Assembly (NCBI GenBank): GCA_033764315.1
Contig: JANRJA010000041.1
Coordinates: 1 to 64,000, forward strand
DNA length: 64,000 nt
Source: Oculatellaceae cyanobacterium bins.114
GTDB lineage: Bacteria > Cyanobacteriota > Cyanobacteriia > Elainellales > Elainellaceae
Direction: 5' to 3'
Shown: piece after piece, positions 1 to 8,415 of the stretch
Layout of the letters: each line of letters starts with the position of its first letter
Numbering within the stretch: position 1 is the stretch's first letter
The notes under the pieces: model-generated
Told to the model about the DNA's origin: nothing
Seen by the model: only the letters and a program-made list of their open reading frames with translations
Database searches by the model: none
Translations under genes and position numbers: made by a program

Positions 1-89
1 ACACCGTTCGTCTTCGCTTAATCGGACAATGTATTTCTTCTGCATAAAGCACCCTCGCGCTTTATACACCGTCGCCGATCTAGACGCAG

Positions 90-560
90 TTGCCAACCCT
101 AATTCTTAAAGTTGACGCAGCACTAGCTATCGTTGCGACGGAGGCGATGAACGCTGCGACCCAAATTAGTGACGAGTTATTAGGAGCAGCTACTCAAGCC
201 ATCAGTATTTTGAAAGAGGAAGTTCTCAAGGAACTCAACAGGCAAAGAAACGAATTAAACAAGTGGCAGTTAATTATTCAGATGCCAACTGGGTTAACAA
301 CAATTCGACCGGAGAGACATGAACCGCCTTTAGGTTCAAAATCCTTTATTGTGAGAGAATATAATGGCGATAGGATGAGAATCTTAGGTGCGAGGCTTAA
401 GCAGAAAAATGGTCCTATTAATGAATTGATTGCCAGAGTAGATTATCATCCCTTACCAGAATTTCCTGGTTATCCACATACTTTGCATTATCATCTCGGA
501 CCTAATGCTAATGCAGGTCGTCACTATGTACTATATCCAGAAAATAAAATTATTGACTAA
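90..560 (+). CDS. Hypothetical protein, possible orphan polymorphic-toxin C-terminal module
   Basis: Ala-rich helical N-part, then a compact domain with a His cluster (RVDYH...HTLHYH...HY); AT-rich, followed by a small acidic ORF. TTG start uncertain; in-frame stops at 45-47 and 81-83. Confidence 0.4.
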   Translation: MPTLILKVDAALAIVATEAMNAATQISDELLGAATQAISILKEEVLKELNRQRNELNKWQLIIQMPTGLTTIRPERHEPPLGSKSFIVREYNGDRMRILGARLKQKNGPINELIARVDYHPLPEFPGYPHTLHYHLGPNANAGRHYVLYPENKIID

Positions 561-611
561 TTTCAACATAATGAAAATCTCTAGTAGAAGACATGGTTTA
601 GAGAACTTATT

Positions 612-1004
612 ATGTCAAATAGTGCAACTTTTGAGTTAAAAACAGATGTAGATGAGCAGATTGTAGTTGAGCGGATTGCTGAGTTGTGGAGCGGATTTGG
701 CTATAATGCTAATGTCTATAGCTATCCCCAATATGGGAGTGAGATTTTTTGCAATCTAGAATACGTATTTGGGCTTCCTAAGGAAGAAAAGATGCTTAGA
801 GAAGTTGTAGATTATTTATTGGGAATAGCTTTTAGTCATCAAATTTACTACTATCGCTGTGCTGACTTTGCTCCATTACGTGATGGTTATATCCCAATTT
901 TGGAAATTCAAGTAGACGATTTATTTTCTGAAGAATTTAGACCATCAATAGGTGCTTCAATCGAGGCAAAATACCTGATTTCTGAAGCTAAAGATTCAGA
1001 CTGA
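612..1004 (+). CDS. Small acidic hypothetical protein, candidate immunity protein
   Basis: 130 aa, ATG start, Asp/Glu-rich, 51 bp downstream of and co-oriented with the toxin-like ORF. Confidence 0.5.
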   Translation: MSNSATFELKTDVDEQIVVERIAELWSGFGYNANVYSYPQYGSEIFCNLEYVFGLPKEEKMLREVVDYLLGIAFSHQIYYYRCADFAPLRDGYIPILEIQVDDLFSEEFRPSIGASIEAKYLISEAKDSD

Positions 1005-1150
1005 CTGCTCTATACTTGAAGCTGCGATCGCCCTCAAACTACGCCTCATCGTCGTCTATCACAGACTGTGAAGCAAGCGTTATCTCCGCAACTGAAATCT
1101 CTATTTCAATTGGAATGTGGAGAGCAATCGCCAATAGCGGTTGAATAATA

Positions 1151-1381
1151 CGCCCTTCACACCTCTTCTTAAGAGTCATACAGGAGCATTGCTCGTCATC
1201 AGTATAGGTAACTGTCATGCTAATAGTTGCGATCGCCTTGAGCAATGAACGATAGAAGGGCGATCGCCCTTAACATCTCTTCTTGGGAATCATACAGGGC
1301 ATTGCCTTGCATCAGTGCAGGTGACTGTTATGCCAATGGTTGCGATCGCTTGGACTGATAAGAGGAAAGATAGAGGGCGAT
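1151..1381. repeat. Degenerate ~114-bp tandem duplication (2 copies)
   Basis: cgcccttcacacctcttctt..tcatacagg..gcattgc..catcagt..ggtaactgtcatgc..ttgcgatcgc..gatagaagggcgat (from 1151) recurs from 1265 as cgcccttaacatctcttctt..tcatacagg..gcattgc..catcagt..ggtgactgttatgc..ttgcgatcgc..gatagagggcgat. Confidence 0.8.
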
Positions 1382-1413
1382 GCGAAGTAGTTTTTCTAAG
1401 GGGCGATTGCCCT

Positions 1414-1698
1414 TCAAGAATTTGAGATCTTGCTCAAGGAAGTCTTTAAATCTAGAATTTCCTTGCTGACTGCTTCATACTCTTCATCTCCTGAATACAT
1501 AAAACGGATGTTTTCGAGATTTGTATCAAACCGACCAAATATCTCTCTTAGAACTGAAGCCCTAGCGGTATCAATCTCAATTGCTGATGCATTTCCCTCA
1601 ATGGTTATTTGTAAGTCAGGTAGTGTATAAACACCATTAAGGTAATTCTGACAAGCAATGTTAATCGAATCTAGTAGTCGTAAAAGATGATCTTCCAT
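1414..1698 (-). CDS. Small acidic protein, candidate immunity protein of the RHS C-terminal toxin
   Basis: 94 aa, ATG start, 75 bp downstream of the RHS-CT ORF on the same strand. Confidence 0.55.
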   Translation of the reverse strand: MEDHLLRLLDSINIACQNYLNGVYTLPDLQITIEGNASAIEIDTARASVLREIFGRFDTNLENIRFMYSGDEEYEAVSKEILDLKTSLSKISNS

Positions 1699-1773
1699 AG
1701 TCTTTTCAATTCATTCTTCTGCTGAAATAAAGTACAACCAGTTCACCTAGCTCTATCGACAGTTCTATCTGTC

Positions 1774-2583
1774 TTACTTTGCAACATGTCTTATAGTCGT
1801 TACAACTTCTTGCCCTGTTGGACCTATGATTTCGGTCACTACTGTAACATCTCCTAAAGTTCGGCTTACTCTCAATGCACCTCTCTCATACCTTGTTCCA
1901 GTGACTACACCATTAGCTAAAATCTCTTCTACAACAAGATTTAGTGGGTATCCACGCCCCACAACTCCCCCTCTTCTGGCTGCTACACCTAAACCTCGAG
2001 GTAGCATTCGTTCAATCGCATGTTGAGTAAAGAGTCGTCCATTAATGGAAGCATAGGATATACCGTTGACTTCAACCTTCAAAAGATGATCCCAAAAATT
2101 CCAGTTAGTAAAACTTCCTCTAGGAAACGCTCTTGCTAAATCATCTGGTTGAATGCCACCTATTAAAAGTACTACTGCTAATTCGGAAGATGCTCTACTA
2201 AGTGGTTTAGAATGTGAGTCATCAGCATTTATTGGAGCTTGAACTGGCATTGCTGAAATCACATCTTGGAGAACAGCGAGTGCTGTCAAAATTGCAATCT
2301 GTTGCCCAACTCCAATAGAAACTTTACCGCTGGGATCAACATAATTAATAGGGTTACTGTTTGCATACAAATATTTATGCAATGTTAGTGGGTTATTAAG
2401 CGTACCTTCGTAGGTATCTCTTCTGGTAAACCGTCCAGTTGCAGTGTCATAGTAACGCTGCCTCAAGTAATACTCACCCAAGCTCTCATCAAACTGCTCT
2501 CCAGCAAACTGGTAGCTGTTCTCTGTGCTGCCAGTCTGACCGCTGGTGCTACCGAACGCCGCATAAGTATAGCTATGGCGTAT
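1774..2583 (-). pseudogene. Orphan (N-truncated) RHS repeat-associated core with C-terminal toxin domain, probably a BECR/DUF4258-like RNase
   Basis: The frame stays open upstream of the called TTG (2481) to a TGA at 2584-2586, reading SYTYAAFG..TENSYQFAGEQFDESLGEYYLRQRYYD..TGRFTRRD..YLYANSNPINYVDPSG (RHS core and DPxG cleavage motif). C-terminus reads FTQHAIERM..GRG..VEE..G..VTVVT..VVT. Confidence 0.85.
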
Positions 2584-2718
2584 TCAGATAGCAGCTAATA
2601 CTTCTCGATATTTCTACCTCAACACAAGTGCAATCAACAACGACAATTTTGGCACTCCCCATCAACTGACTTGGCGAATCTGGAACAGAAGTTTCTCCAG
2701 CTATCTTTGCCACCCTAG

Positions 2719-2826
2719 AAAAAAACAGTCGAACAAGTTGTCCAGCAACACCAACATTACCTGATTGCGCTCAAAGCAAATCAACCAAAGCTTTATCGTT
2801 ACCTGCGAGCAGTTGCATCGCGGTAA
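2719..2826 (+). mobile_element. ISAs1-family transposase remnant
   Basis: My translation KKTVEQVVQQHQHYLIALKANQPKLY resembles the ISAs1 segment (C)QKKTV..I.....Y.I..K.NQ..L and begins on an A7C run; not in the ORF track. Confidence 0.6.
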
Positions 2827-2996
2827 GGCTCCCGCAATTTGGGCAATCCTCGTTTTCTCATCACTATGATTTGCCAACTCGCCCCAGGGCGTGCGGACGC
2901 TCACCAACGAACTCAAGCAAGGCGATGCGATCCTAATCCGAGGGTTTCCTCCAACTAAACAAAACCGCTCTGCCCATCCTGTTTGCGACACTATCC

Positions 2997-3665
2997 TTAA
3001 CCTGACAATACCTGTTCTGCCGCAACACCATAAACCGTATTGGCATAGATTGCGAGTTGAGCCCGATTCCGCAGATTAAGCCGACTCAGCAGATGAGTCA
3101 CATGAGTTTTAACGGTGCCTTCTGAGATGTAAAGGGATTGAGCAATATCTCGATTGGTATAGCCCAAACCCACGAGTTGTAAAACTTCCTGCTCTCTTGG
3201 AGTGAGGTTTGGCACAGTGGGAGGGGTTCCTTTTGCAATGGGTTCTGAAGACGTGATCGCTTCAGCAAACTTTTGGAGTAAACCAGGGCCAAGTTGGGCA
3301 TATCCCTGATGAACAGCTCGAATGGCCTGCGCTAGCTCCTCAGAGGGCATATCTTTGAGCAAATACCCTTTTGCACCGGCACGAATGGTGTCAGCGATGT
3401 ACTGTGAATCATCAAAGGTGCTGAGCACCAAGACTTTTATCTGGGGATACTGCTGACAAATTTTGCGAGTTGCTTCTCGTCCATCCATGACTGGCATTCG
3501 CACATCCATGAGAACGACATCTGGGCGCAAGGCTTCTACTTGCGCCAACGCTTGTTCGCCATCATTTGCAATGCCAACCACTTCCAGGTCATCTTCCAGG
3601 GAAAGCATGGCTTTAAGCCCTTGGCAAATGAGGCTTTGATCATCCACCAACAACAGACGAATCAT
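2997..3665 (-). CDS. NarL/LuxR-family response regulator
   Basis: Receiver motifs LLVDD, VLMDVRMP..DG, GYLLK and LuxR HTH LTPREQEVL..G.TN.IA..LYISEGTVKTHV; ATG at 3665 preferred over TTG at 3671. Confidence 0.95.
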   Translation of the reverse strand: MIRLLLVDDQSLICQGLKAMLSLEDDLEVVGIANDGEQALAQVEALRPDVVLMDVRMPVMDGREATRKICQQYPQIKVLVLSTFDDSQYIADTIRAGAKGYLLKDMPSEELAQAIRAVHQGYAQLGPGLLQKFAEAITSSEPIAKGTPPTVPNLTPREQEVLQLVGLGYTNRDIAQSLYISEGTVKTHVTHLLSRLNLRNRAQLAIYANTVYGVAAEQVLSG

Positions 3666-3690
3666 GGGCAATTATCCTGGGAGACAAGTT

Positions 3691-3755
3691 GTCATTTGTC
3701 ATTGGTTATTAGTCATTTGTGAATAGCCATTGACCAATCACTCATAACCAATGAC
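3691..3755. repeat. Inverted pair of heptamer tandem repeats (STRR-like)
   Basis: GTCATTT GTCATTG GTTATTA GTCATTT followed by inverted TGACCAA..TAACCAA TGAC. Confidence 0.7.
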
Positions 3756-3794
3756 TGTTTTAATTTTATCTCATCGTTAATTGTGCTTACTTAG

Positions 3795-4988
3795 CTAATT
3801 GTTAAGTGGCAGGGTAATTGTAATCTGACATCCCTGCCCTGGGCTTGTTTGCAGATGAAAGTCGCCGTTCATTGCTGCAACACGCTCTCTCATACCCTGC
3901 AAGCCGTAGCCAGAAGTGATTTGATTGTAGGAGAAACCTTTGCCGTTATCAGCAATCTCTAAATAAACTTTATCAAGCTCGGTTCTCAAATCTATTCGAG
4001 TTTCTGTAGCTTCAGCATATTTGCAGATGTTAGTTAACGCCTCCTGGGTCAGCCGATACAACGTGTGGTTGACTTCAGTTGACAATGTTGTAGTCAGGTG
4101 AATGCACGACTGAATGGAGATCCCTGTATTTTGACGAAACTCCTGGAGTAGGGTGGCGATCGCCTCCTGGATGGGCGGGTCTTGTCGCTCATCTGCCCGC
4201 AGCGTACTGACAGATTGGCGCACCTCCTGCATTGCCATCGTTCCTAATTTTTGCGCTTGTGCGAGAAAGGTGTAAGCTTCGTCCGGGTTATGCTTCCACA
4301 GTTTCAACCCCGTTTGAATTTGCACATTCAGACTTGTTAACGCATGTCCCAGAGAATCATGAATTTCACGAGCAATGCGATTGCGCTCCTGTACAGCTGC
4401 GAGTTCTTCAACTTGCAGAGAATATTGCCGCAATTGGTTGTGTGCCTGGGTCAGTTTTTCCTGGGTTCTCCGTTCTGCAATCAAAGTTGTGACCAATTGC
4501 AACACTAGAAATAAACTCAACCCAAACATCAAAAATTCAGCAATTTGATGCATCCAGATCCGTTGTTCTTCAACCGTTGGCAAACGCAACGGCATAACTG
4601 TGGTCAAATACTGTACCTGATGTACCGCAAAGAAAAGAAAAGATAACCCCGCTACAACCAATCGCCCTAGCGGTTGCAATAGAAAACAACTGCGGATCAT
4701 CACAATCAAGTAAAGCGTCGGCAGAATGTGGAGATATCCCAGAGTGGTTCCCAGCAAAATCAAGCTCATCTGTAAAGCCGTGTAGAGGTAAACCAGAGAC
4801 GGCTTTACTTTGGGAAGTACGAGTCCCATGAGTAGCAATGTCAGCAAGATTAGAAGGTGGGCGACTGGAATTCGCTGAGTTTGCCATGCTTCAATGATTG
4901 CCAGAACACCACAACTACCCAACATGATCCATTCGGTGTACAGCAAAAATCGGAACGGCATGGACTGAGTGTTTAGTGTTGTGTTCAT
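3795..4988 (-). CDS. Membrane sensor histidine kinase, HisKA_3 type
   Basis: Several TM helices; ERNRIAREIHDSLGH H-box; QEALTNICKY, DNGKGF, GYGLQGMRER. Confidence 0.95.
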   Translation of the reverse strand: MNTTLNTQSMPFRFLLYTEWIMLGSCGVLAIIEAWQTQRIPVAHLLILLTLLLMGLVLPKVKPSLVYLYTALQMSLILLGTTLGYLHILPTLYLIVMIRSCFLLQPLGRLVVAGLSFLFFAVHQVQYLTTVMPLRLPTVEEQRIWMHQIAEFLMFGLSLFLVLQLVTTLIAERRTQEKLTQAHNQLRQYSLQVEELAAVQERNRIAREIHDSLGHALTSLNVQIQTGLKLWKHNPDEAYTFLAQAQKLGTMAMQEVRQSVSTLRADERQDPPIQEAIATLLQEFRQNTGISIQSCIHLTTTLSTEVNHTLYRLTQEALTNICKYAEATETRIDLRTELDKVYLEIADNGKGFSYNQITSGYGLQGMRERVAAMNGDFHLQTSPGQGCQITITLPLNN

Positions 4989-5087
4989 GGCTCTAGAAAC
5001 ATCAGGTGAGAGATAGGGATGCAGGTTTAACGAGGTATCTACCTACTAATACTGCGAGATTCCTGAAATTGGCTACTCTATTCGACT

Positions 5088-5182
5088 AAATTCCAACTTT
5101 CGCTGATAAACGAAGACCGATCGCATCAACGAAAGTTAGAGACGAGGCAATCAAACTCAGCGATCGCTGACCTCAAAGCTAT
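5088..5182. repeat. ~95-bp double-hairpin element, copy 1
   Basis: aactttcgctgataaacga..ccgatcgcatcaacgaaagttagagac..ctcagcgatcgctgacc..agctat, near-identical to 10914-11007. Confidence 0.85.
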
Positions 5183-5249
5183 TTCTTTCGTTGAAGGGAA
5201 TTTGAGACGTTCTTCAGATGGGTTGAGGGGTGCTCAATTCATAAGATAG

Positions 5250-5263
5250 GTAGCAACGGTTAC
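5250..5263. promoter_or_regulatory. Putative NtcA site
   Basis: GTA-GCAACGGT-TAC (GTA-N8-TAC), just downstream of TAAGAT (5242-5247). Confidence 0.5.
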
Positions 5264-5274
5264 AAAAACCGAAT

Positions 5275-8202
5275 TTGAATACCGTCTCAAAAACGGCTAT
5301 TCCATTCCGAACCCTACTCATGAATCAGTTACAAGCCCCTATGATTTCAACTCACCCAGATTCTAGCGATCGCCCTCATGCACTCGTATTCATTGATGGG
5401 TCTGTCGAAGATGCTGAGCAGCTAGCCCAATCGACCCTTTCAGGTGTAGAAGCGATTCTGCTCGACCCCACTCAAGACGGCATTGCTCAAATCACCGCAA
5501 CATTAGCAGGTCGCAGCAATATCAGCAGTGTTCACTTAATTGGACATGGATCATCCGGTAGTTTGCGCCTGGGCAGTACGGTTCTAAATCAGGAGGCGAT
5601 CGCCCAATACGCTGACTCGCTCAAGCAGTGGAAAACAGCATTGACTAACGATGCCGACCTGCTGCTTTATAACTGCAACGTTGCCTCAGATTCTGCTGGT
5701 CAGGCATTTGTGAATCAGTTGAGCCAGTTGACCGAAGCAGATGTAGCCGCTTCCAATGACCTGACGGGCAATGCGGCTCTGGGTGGCGACTGGCTGCTGG
5801 AATATGCAACGGGCTTAATTGAAGCACCACTGGCATTGCAGTTACAGGCAATGCAGGCGTATCAAGAAGTACTCGCTGATTTTCAAGTCAGTACTGCTGA
5901 GCAATTAGCGAATGCCATTAACGAGGCAAACAAAACTCCGTCACGCGATCGCATCTTTGTCACGGGCAACATCACCTTGACAACGACACTTCCAACGATT
6001 ACCAGCATCGTTGAGGTCATCGGCACTGGAACCGGGGCAACCATCAATGGTGCAAGTGGGGTAAATCGAATCTTTAAGGTTTCCAGTACCACCGCCAACT
6101 TCAGGAATTTGACCTTGCAGAACGGCATTGCTCAGGGAGAAACGGGCATCAGTGGCGGCGGTGGAGGATTAGGCGCGGGTGGCGCACTGTTTGCTGAGTT
6201 CTCCAGTGTCGAAATTGATGATGTTGAGTTTCGCAATAACACTGCCCGAGGCGGCAATTCAACTGGCACTGCCGGACGAGGCGGCAATGGCGGCAACCTC
6301 GGCTTTGGTGGCGACAATGGCGGTGCGGGGGGCAATGGTGGCGGATTTGAGGGCAGTCCAAGACCTGCTGGCGGTGCAGGCGGACTCAATGGTTTCCAGG
6401 CAAACCTGGGGCAGAGAGGCGGATCTGGTCAGAACGGAACCGATGGGAGGTTTGGTGAAGGCGGCGGTGGCGGTGGCGGCGGTGGCGGCGGACAAAGCTT
6501 TTTCTTCTTTTTGAGCGATGCTCCCGGTCCTGGTGGTTTGGGTGGACGAGGTGGATTAGGTGGTTTTGGCGGCGGGGCTGGCGGCGGTGGCGGTGGCGGC
6601 GGCGGTGCCGACTCCACGTTTCTTTTGGCGACCGGTGGACTTGGTACTGTTCGATCTCTAGGGGGTGACTTCGCTGGCAATAGTGCTGGGGGAGCCGCTG
6701 GTCTTTCTGGCGGTGCCGATGCAGATGTATTGGGAGGAGCAGGCGGACAGGGCGGACGTGGCGGTGGTGGTGCAGGTTTGGGTGGGGCAATCTTTGCTCG
6801 CAGGAGCGGCGTGACGATCCGCAATAGCCTGTTTAGCAATAACCGCGCGATTGGTGGAACTGGGGCAAACTCTGGACAAGGTAGAGCAAACAGCATCTTT
6901 AGCTTTGAGAGTCAGATTCGCTTGCAGAACAACCAGTTGTTGGACTCTCTCAACAACGCCACTGTAGCGTTTGGTAGTGACACTGGATTTGTCAACCTCA
7001 TTCCCACCATCGATATCCTAGCGATAACCCCAACGGTTCAAGAAGGTGGCACCGCACAATTTTCCTTGTCGCTGGATGAGCCAGCCCCAGCAAATGGGCT
7101 GAGGATCGATTTTCAGGTTGAAGGCTCTGCTACTGCTGCTGGCCCTAATGCAGACCATCCCTTGCAGCCATTAGATTCTGTTACAGTTCCGGGTGGGCAG
7201 CGCAACGTCATCTTGCGGGTGCCGATCCTTGACGATGCACTACCCGAACTGACGGAAACACTGACGCTCCAACTGCTTTCCAGTAGCGAATACAGGCTTA
7301 GCTCACGGAGCACCGCATCAACGCAAATTCAAGAGAGTGACTTGCTCTTCATCAACGGTACGCCCGGCGACGATCGCCTGACCGGAACCGCAGCGGGTGA
7401 AAAATTTAGCAGCGGTGCAGGTAACGACACGATCGATGGCAACGGCGGCATTGACTTTATTTTTGCAGCAGAGGGCGACGATCGCATCATTTGGGATAGC
7501 GGCGACGGCAACGATATCATCGACGGCGGTGCAGGCACCGATACGCTGGTGTTCAACTGCTCCAATCAGGGCGATCGCCTCATCGTCCAACAAGCCCCTA
7601 ACAACACGCTGCAACTGCTTCGCAATCGCCCGGTTGCGGTGGATTTGAAAGCAACGAATATCGAACGCCTGGAAATTAACTGCTTAAACGGCAGTGACGG
7701 GGTCGAAATTCGCGATACCTCCAGCACAGGTGTGACCTTTATCCGCGTCACGGGTGGCGGCGGACGGGATGGGATTACAGGTATCGGTGCAACCGCAGAA
7801 CTCGAACTGGTGGGCAACAGCGGAGATGATGCATTGACCGGAGGCAGACGCAATGACCAGCTTCGCGGTGGTCTTGGACGTGACTCGTTTATCTTTAACA
7901 GCAACCGCGTGTTTAACACCGCAGATTTAGGAGTCGATCGCATCCTTGATTTTGTAGTGGGGAGCGATCGCATCGTCCTCGACCAAACCACCTTCGGCAA
8001 CATCAACACCAGTCAGATTGCGATCGTGGCTGATGACACCGTCGCTGCAACGATCGCCGGATTAATTACCTACAGCCGTGCCACGGGCAATCTGTTCTTC
8101 AACCAAAACGGGGCCGCTAACGGATTCGGCACAGGCGGACAGTTTGCCATTGTCCAGAACAATCCAGCCCTAACGGTAAACGACTTTCAAGTTGTGGCTT
8201 AG
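5275..8202 (+). CDS. Secreted DUF4347 / Gly-rich / Calx-beta / RTX Ca-binding protein
   Basis: DUF4347-type N-terminus (LVFIDGSV..HLIGHGSSGSL..ADLLLYNCNVA..GGDWLLE); long Gly-rich tract; Calx-beta (DDALPELTETLTL); GGxGxD repeats. True start may be ATG 5320 or 5341. Confidence 0.85.
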   Translation: MNTVSKTAIPFRTLLMNQLQAPMISTHPDSSDRPHALVFIDGSVEDAEQLAQSTLSGVEAILLDPTQDGIAQITATLAGRSNISSVHLIGHGSSGSLRLGSTVLNQEAIAQYADSLKQWKTALTNDADLLLYNCNVASDSAGQAFVNQLSQLTEADVAASNDLTGNAALGGDWLLEYATGLIEAPLALQLQAMQAYQEVLADFQVSTAEQLANAINEANKTPSRDRIFVTGNITLTTTLPTITSIVEVIGTGTGATINGASGVNRIFKVSSTTANFRNLTLQNGIAQGETGISGGGGGLGAGGALFAEFSSVEIDDVEFRNNTARGGNSTGTAGRGGNGGNLGFGGDNGGAGGNGGGFEGSPRPAGGAGGLNGFQANLGQRGGSGQNGTDGRFGEGGGGGGGGGGGQSFFFFLSDAPGPGGLGGRGGLGGFGGGAGGGGGGGGGADSTFLLATGGLGTVRSLGGDFAGNSAGGAAGLSGGADADVLGGAGGQGGRGGGGAGLGGAIFARRSGVTIRNSLFSNNRAIGGTGANSGQGRANSIFSFESQIRLQNNQLLDSLNNATVAFGSDTGFVNLIPTIDILAITPTVQEGGTAQFSLSLDEPAPANGLRIDFQVEGSATAAGPNADHPLQPLDSVTVPGGQRNVILRVPILDDALPELTETLTLQLLSSSEYRLSSRSTASTQIQESDLLFINGTPGDDRLTGTAAGEKFSSGAGNDTIDGNGGIDFIFAAEGDDRIIWDSGDGNDIIDGGAGTDTLVFNCSNQGDRLIVQQAPNNTLQLLRNRPVAVDLKATNIERLEINCLNGSDGVEIRDTSSTGVTFIRVTGGGGRDGITGIGATAELELVGNSGDDALTGGRRNDQLRGGLGRDSFIFNSNRVFNTADLGVDRILDFVVGSDRIVLDQTTFGNINTSQIAIVADDTVAATIAGLITYSRATGNLFFNQNGAANGFGTGGQFAIVQNNPALTVNDFQVVA

Positions 8203-8250
8203 AGAACGGATAACGTTCATAAGCTCTCAGGAAATTCAACGGGTGACCTT

Positions 8251-8283
8251 GATCTAGACAGGATCTAGACAGGATCTAGACAA
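8251..8283. repeat. 11-bp tandem repeat x3
   Basis: gatctagacag gatctagacag gatctagacaa. Confidence 0.85.
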
Positions 8284-8415
8284 CCCGGATTTCAGTACTG
8301 CACCTCGTTGGCTCATGCAGCCAAAGCAAACCATTTGCAGTCACGATAACGTGTCGCGGTTGTGCTTATTTCAGCTTGTCCTACAGCAAAAATCACACTA
8401 AACAGGAGACAGACA

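Noticed and set aside
1039-1245. 68-aa minus-strand ORF
   Set aside because: Lies largely in the degenerate repeat; no coding evidence.
1774-2583. RHS fragment as the TcC partner of the giant TcA
   Set aside because: 30 kb away, truncated, followed by an immunity-like gene, and no TcB present; fits an orphan polymorphic toxin.
6386-6896. Poly-Pro and His/Arg-rich minus-strand ORFs
   Set aside because: Antisense shadows of the GGC-rich Gly tract.
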